Assembly: GCA_963707025.1 (NCBI GenBank)
Contig: CAVPOM010000004.1
Span: 288,001 to 352,000, forward strand
From: an uncultured Verrucomicrobiae bacterium
GTDB taxonomy: Bacteria > Verrucomicrobiota > Verrucomicrobiia > Limisphaerales > Palsa-1400
Direction of reading: 5' to 3'
DNA length: 64,000 bases
Below, piece by piece: positions 60,127 to 64,000 of this stretch (position 1 is its first letter; every line of letters begins with the position of its first letter). The notes under the pieces were generated by a model. It saw only the letters and a program-made list of their open reading frames with translations. It was not told where the DNA came from and ran no database searches. The translations under genes and the position numbers were made by a program.

Positions 60127-60393
60127 ATGAATGTGTCTTTGACTCCCGAACTGGAAAAGCTCGTGACGCGCAAAGTCCAAAGCGGGCTTTATCAATCTGC
60201 CAGCGAGGTCATTCGCGAGGGCCTTCGACTCTTGGACGACCAGGACCGCCTGCGCGAGCTTCATCACGCCGAAGTGCGAAAAAAAATCCAGTCAGGTCTT
60301 GACCAACTGGACCGCGGCGAAGGTATTCCCGGCGATCAAGTGTATGCCGAAATGAAGCAAAAGAGCGCGGACTTCCGCAAAACCGGGCGATGA
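60127..60393 (+). CDS. parD: ParD-family antitoxin
   Basis: MNVSLTPELE...SGLYQSASEVIREGLRLL. Confidence 0.92.
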   Translation: MNVSLTPELEKLVTRKVQSGLYQSASEVIREGLRLLDDQDRLRELHHAEVRKKIQSGLDQLDRGEGIPGDQVYAEMKQKSADFRKTGR

Positions 60394-60719
60394 GCGATTT
60401 GCTCATCGCGCCGGACGCTCGTTTTGACTTGGACGAGATTTGGAGTTACTACGCGGTGGATCTTCAGAACCCTGACGCCGCGGATCGCATCCGCGATGAG
60501 ATTTTCGAGGCCTTGAACAAACTGGCTCGAACACCCGGCATGGGCCATCTCCGCAGCGACCTGGCGGAGGAGCCGCTCCGTTTCTGGTGTGTGCGCAGTT
60601 ACCTCATCATCTACCGGGCCGAGAAGCGGTCGGTGGAAATCGTGCGTGTTCTTCACGGAGCGCGCGACGTGCAGGCTATTCTCGGCGAGGAACGCACTCC
60701 TCCGGCGGCTGAGGACTGA
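60390..60719 (+). CDS. parE: ParE/RelE-family toxin
   Basis: ARFDLDEIW, PGMGH, YLIIYR, VRVLHGARD. Confidence 0.92.
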   Translation: MSDLLIAPDARFDLDEIWSYYAVDLQNPDAADRIRDEIFEALNKLARTPGMGHLRSDLAEEPLRFWCVRSYLIIYRAEKRSVEIVRVLHGARDVQAILGEERTPPAAED

Positions 60720-60737
60720 AACAGCCCATGCGGATCT

Positions 60738-61316
60738 TTAGGCGAGGGCAGCAACGTACTCCGCGAATGTGCGCGAGCGTCCGAGCAAGCTGTCCAGCTC
60801 TTCAAAGCCAATGGCCCGCCGGTACTCGGCCATTTCGTAGTCAATCGTCTTGCCGTCCGCCGTGGCGGCCCACGGCGCTTCGCGGTGGGTGGCGGCTTCG
60901 ATTTGCGCGGCGGTGGCGTCCGCCCAGGCGGCGGCGACGCGCTCCAGGGTCTGCAACTCGGCCCCGGAGAATTTCGCGGGATTGAACTTGGCGTCGAAGG
61001 TGAGAAGGCGGGTTTGGGTAAAGCCTTTGTGTTCCACCTTTACCTCCCGCACCAAGCCCGCCGCTTCCATTTTCTTGATGAGCTTTTCAATTTTGTCCGG
61101 GTAAGGACCGTGCGGCAATTTGCGATAGGTCGCGCCGGTGACAGAATGCCCGTATGCTTCCTGGTGGTCAAAATCCACGAAATACAGCAGTTTCATCAGC
61201 TTGGTCCGTCCCAGATGCACATTGTTGATGCGCTCCAGAAAATAAAGGATCACCTGCTGGAGTTTTTCCTCGGAATAGTTGGTATTGGTTGCGCTGACAA
61301 CTCGGCCATTAAACAA
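60738..61316 (-). CDS. Panacea/SocA (DUF4065) antitoxin-like protein
   Basis: KLMKLLYFVD, HGP, THREAPW; start uncertain. Confidence 0.85.
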   Translation of the reverse strand: MFNGRVVSATNTNYSEEKLQQVILYFLERINNVHLGRTKLMKLLYFVDFDHQEAYGHSVTGATYRKLPHGPYPDKIEKLIKKMEAAGLVREVKVEHKGFTQTRLLTFDAKFNPAKFSGAELQTLERVAAAWADATAAQIEAATHREAPWAATADGKTIDYEMAEYRRAIGFEELDSLLGRSRTFAEYVAALA

Positions 61317-61401
61317 CAGAATTCAGCATCGGTCAACCTTTGGAATACGGCCCGCTGAAAATCCGCTTGCATCAAAGCCTTTCATGCGTATTATCACCTC
61401 C

Positions 61402-61734
61402 GTGAAGCAGGCGCTTTCATGGGTCTTTTCACGGAAGGCGAAGCGGGGCCTCGCGGCCTTGTCGCTCGCTGTCTTCCTGCTCCTTCAGGCCATGGTGGTT
61501 CTCCCCGGTTTGCATGCCCTCTTCCATTCCGACGCGTCGGACCCGGGCCACCAATGCGCCGTCACCTTGTTCGCCCACGGCCAGGTCCACTGCCCGGACG
61601 CGGCGGTTCCCGTGGTCCGGCCCGGGCCGCCGGCCCTTTTCATCCCGTCCCGGCGCCAGGCCGGTTTTGTTTCCACCGATGTCCGATTGCTGCCGGGCCG
61701 CGGTCCTCCCTCCCTCCAGTCCCTCCACAGTTAG
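61402..61734 (+). CDS. DUF2946-like leader protein with His/Cys motif and C-terminal RGPP
   Basis: TM helix, HALFH...HQCAVT...HGQVHC, RGPP 8 residues before stop; upstream of TBDR. Confidence 0.75.
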   Translation: MKQALSWVFSRKAKRGLAALSLAVFLLLQAMVVLPGLHALFHSDASDPGHQCAVTLFAHGQVHCPDAAVPVVRPGPPALFIPSRRQAGFVSTDVRLLPGRGPPSLQSLHS

Positions 61735-61856
61735 TTCGTTCGCCGGTTTCAAGAATGAGCGGGTCTTTGGTGCGGCGCATGGCCGTGGGCGTTGGCCCTG
61801 TTTGACAAGGACCCGGGCGGGAAATCCAAAAACTTTAACCAATTTGTTTGAAATTT

Positions 61857-64000
61857 ATGAATGCAGCTTATCGTTATTTGCAGTTGACAGCTTTTGGGCT
61901 GGCGGCGGTGGCCGCCCAGGGAGCGCGCGGGCAAACCAATAATCCGCCCGCCGCCGCGGCCGGCGCGGCCAGCCCGGCCGGCGCCACCAACGTCACCGCC
62001 CTGGGCGAAACGACCGTGGTGGGGCATTTGAATCAGGCGATCACTCAGATCCTGCCCAGTGTGGGGGCCACGGTTTCTTTAAAGGACGATGTGCAAATCC
62101 AGTCCATTGCCCAAGGAGCCAATGCCCCGGTCAATCAGGTCATCACCCGTTTTCCAGGCGTGGCGGAAGATTCGGCGGAGAACGGGGATTTGCATGTGCG
62201 CGGCGAGCACGCCAATCTGCAGTATCGCATTGACGGCGTGCTTCTGCCCGAAGGCATCGCCGGCTTTGGCTTGGAACTGGACCCGCGCTTCATCCAGAAC
62301 ATATCCCTGATCACCGGCTCGCTGCCCGCCCAATACGGCTTCCGCACGGCGGGGGTGGTGGATATTCAATCCAAGAACGGCGCGCTCAATCCCGGCGGCG
62401 AAGTCTCGCTCTACGGCGGCAGTTACGACACCTTCCGCCCCAGTTTCGAATACGGCGGCTCGTCTGGGAAGTTCAACTTTTTCGTGGACGGCAGCTACGA
62501 CCACAATGAACTGGGCGTGGAAAATCCCATCGCCGCTGCGACGGCCATTCATGATGAAACCGAACAGTTCAAGACCTTTCTCTACGGGTCTTACATCATA
62601 GACCCCTCCAGCCGGCTCACCTTTATGGCCAGCGCGTCCTACAGCGACTTCCAGGTGCCCAACACGCCCGGCGTGGCCTCGGGCACGGCTCCCGGGGGCG
62701 ATACCTGGGCTTCGGCCATGACCACGGATATTCCGGGATTTACCGGCTTCAATTCCGCCAACAACAACGAAAATCAAAACGAACAGAATTATTACACGGT
62801 CCTCACTTATCAAAAATCCGCCGGCGATTTGGATTATCAAATCTCCGCCTTCGGCCGCGAGAGCGAACAGCATTTCAGGCCGGACCCGATCGGCGACCTG
62901 TTTCTCAACGGCGAGGCCAGCGAAGTCCATCGCACTCTCTACTCCGCCGGCTTCCAAGCCGACAGCAGTTATCAATGGGGCAACTCCCATACCATTCGGG
63001 CGGGCGGGTCGTTTCTGGCCACGGGGGACCAAAACAACACCTCCACCACGGTCTTCGACCTGGACGCCGCCGGCAACCCGACGACCCTGCGGAGCATCCA
63101 GGACAACTATCCCCTCTACGGCTTGTTTATGGGTGTGTATTTGCAGGACGAATGGAAGCTCGCCTCCAAGCTCACCCTCAATTACGGCGCGCGCTTCGAC
63201 GTTTACTCCTCTTCCTTTGATGCGGAAAACCAACTCAGTCCGCGTGTCAACCTCGTCTATAAGCCGTTCGATGGCACCACCCTGCATGCCGGCTACGCCC
63301 GTTACTTCACCCCCCCTCCCGTGGAGGCTGTCACTGCCGGCACCTTGAGCTTGTTCAACGGCACCTCCGGCGCCTCCGCCGTCACCCAGGACAGCCCCGT
63401 CAAAGCCGAGCGCGCCAACTATTACGACGCGGGCATCAGCCAGACCATCCTGCCCGGTTGGAGTGTGGGCTTGGACGGCTACTACAAGACCGCCCAGCAA
63501 CAACTGGATGACGGGCTTTTTGGCCAGACCCTCATTCTCTCCGCCTTCAACTATGAAAAGGGCCGGGTTTATGGACTGGAATTGACCACCTCCTACCAGA
63601 CCAATAACTTTTCCGTCTATGCCAACGCCGCCTACTCCTACGCCCAGGGTCAAAATTGGGACTCGGCCCAGTTCCTGTTCGATCCGGGTGATCTCGCCTA
63701 TGTCCAGAATCATTGGATTCATCTGGACCACGACCAGAGGTACACGGCCTCGACCGGCGTGTCTTATCGTTTCAAGGAGTCCCATGAGGCCAGCACTCTG
63801 ACGTATCTGGATCTCGTTACCGGCAGCGGATTAAGACAGGACGGCGGAGGCTTCGAGCCGGCCGCCGACGGCGGCGGCCCCATCCCCAACGGCTCGTCCG
63901 TTCCCGACTATTACGAGATCAACATCGGCGCCGAGCAAACTCTCAAGGTCGCCCACAAGCAGTTTTTAAAAGTCCGCCTTGATATTGTCAACCTGACCGA
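61857..64000 (+). CDS. TonB-dependent receptor (3' end beyond window)
   Basis: Open frame from ATG 61857 (MNAAYRYLQ...); signal peptide; plug PGV...LHVRGEHANLQYRIDG; barrel motifs LQDEWK, YGARFD, SPR. Confidence 0.9.
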   Translation, partial: MNAAYRYLQLTAFGLAAVAAQGARGQTNNPPAAAAGAASPAGATNVTALGETTVVGHLNQAITQILPSVGATVSLKDDVQIQSIAQGANAPVNQVITRFPGVAEDSAENGDLHVRGEHANLQYRIDGVLLPEGIAGFGLELDPRFIQNISLITGSLPAQYGFRTAGVVDIQSKNGALNPGGEVSLYGGSYDTFRPSFEYGGSSGKFNFFVDGSYDHNELGVENPIAAATAIHDETEQFKTFLYGSYIIDPSSRLTFMASASYSDFQVPNTPGVASGTAPGGDTWASAMTTDIPGFTGFNSANNNENQNEQNYYTVLTYQKSAGDLDYQISAFGRESEQHFRPDPIGDLFLNGEASEVHRTLYSAGFQADSSYQWGNSHTIRAGGSFLATGDQNNTSTTVFDLDAAGNPTTLRSIQDNYPLYGLFMGVYLQDEWKLASKLTLNYGARFDVYSSSFDAENQLSPRVNLVYKPFDGTTLHAGYARYFTPPPVEAVTAGTLSLFNGTSGASAVTQDSPVKAERANYYDAGISQTILPGWSVGLDGYYKTAQQQLDDGLFGQTLILSAFNYEKGRVYGLELTTSYQTNNFSVYANAAYSYAQGQNWDSAQFLFDPGDLAYVQNHWIHLDHDQRYTASTGVSYRFKESHEASTLTYLDLVTGSGLRQDGGGFEPAADGGGPIPNGSSVPDYYEINIGAEQTLKVAHKQFLKVRLDIVNLT

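Noticed and set aside
25584..61316. Integron cassette array explaining the many TA genes
   Set aside because: No IntI-type gene or convincing attC sites seen by eye; the TA genes are dispersed between housekeeping genes.

Overview
High-GC bacterial chromosome segment, most likely Verrucomicrobiota (Pedosphaera/Limisphaerales-like). This is inferred from the long-form GreA, Thr/Asn-rich secreted proteins, integrase type and REP families. The left ~4.3 kb is the end of a lower-GC integrative element (integrase, HTH genes, PriCT-like gene, phage-type replication initiator with internal iterons) inserted at the 3' end of tmRNA. Next come a triple CNNM/hemolysin operon headed by a Tat-signal aminotransferase and a cluster of secreted proteins sharing a ~60-aa W...(F/Y)YR module; one of these genes is broken by an IS4-family element. 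Housekeeping genes (ilvD, hisH, purC, xerD, greA, rsmB, purH) are interspersed with many small toxin-antitoxin genes and remnants. The window also holds a DinG-like helicase, a GspF-GspF-ABC permease-SET operon, an M1 aminopeptidase, a group II intron inserted in a 10-bp tandem repeat and a two-component/Wza-Wzc polysaccharide locus. It ends with an RGPP-type leader ORF upstream of a TonB-dependent receptor that runs off the window. Several REP-carrying MITE-like elements occur. About six small frameshifts suggest assembly indels. No CRISPR array, rRNA or tRNA was seen. All family assignments are from motif recognition, not database searches.
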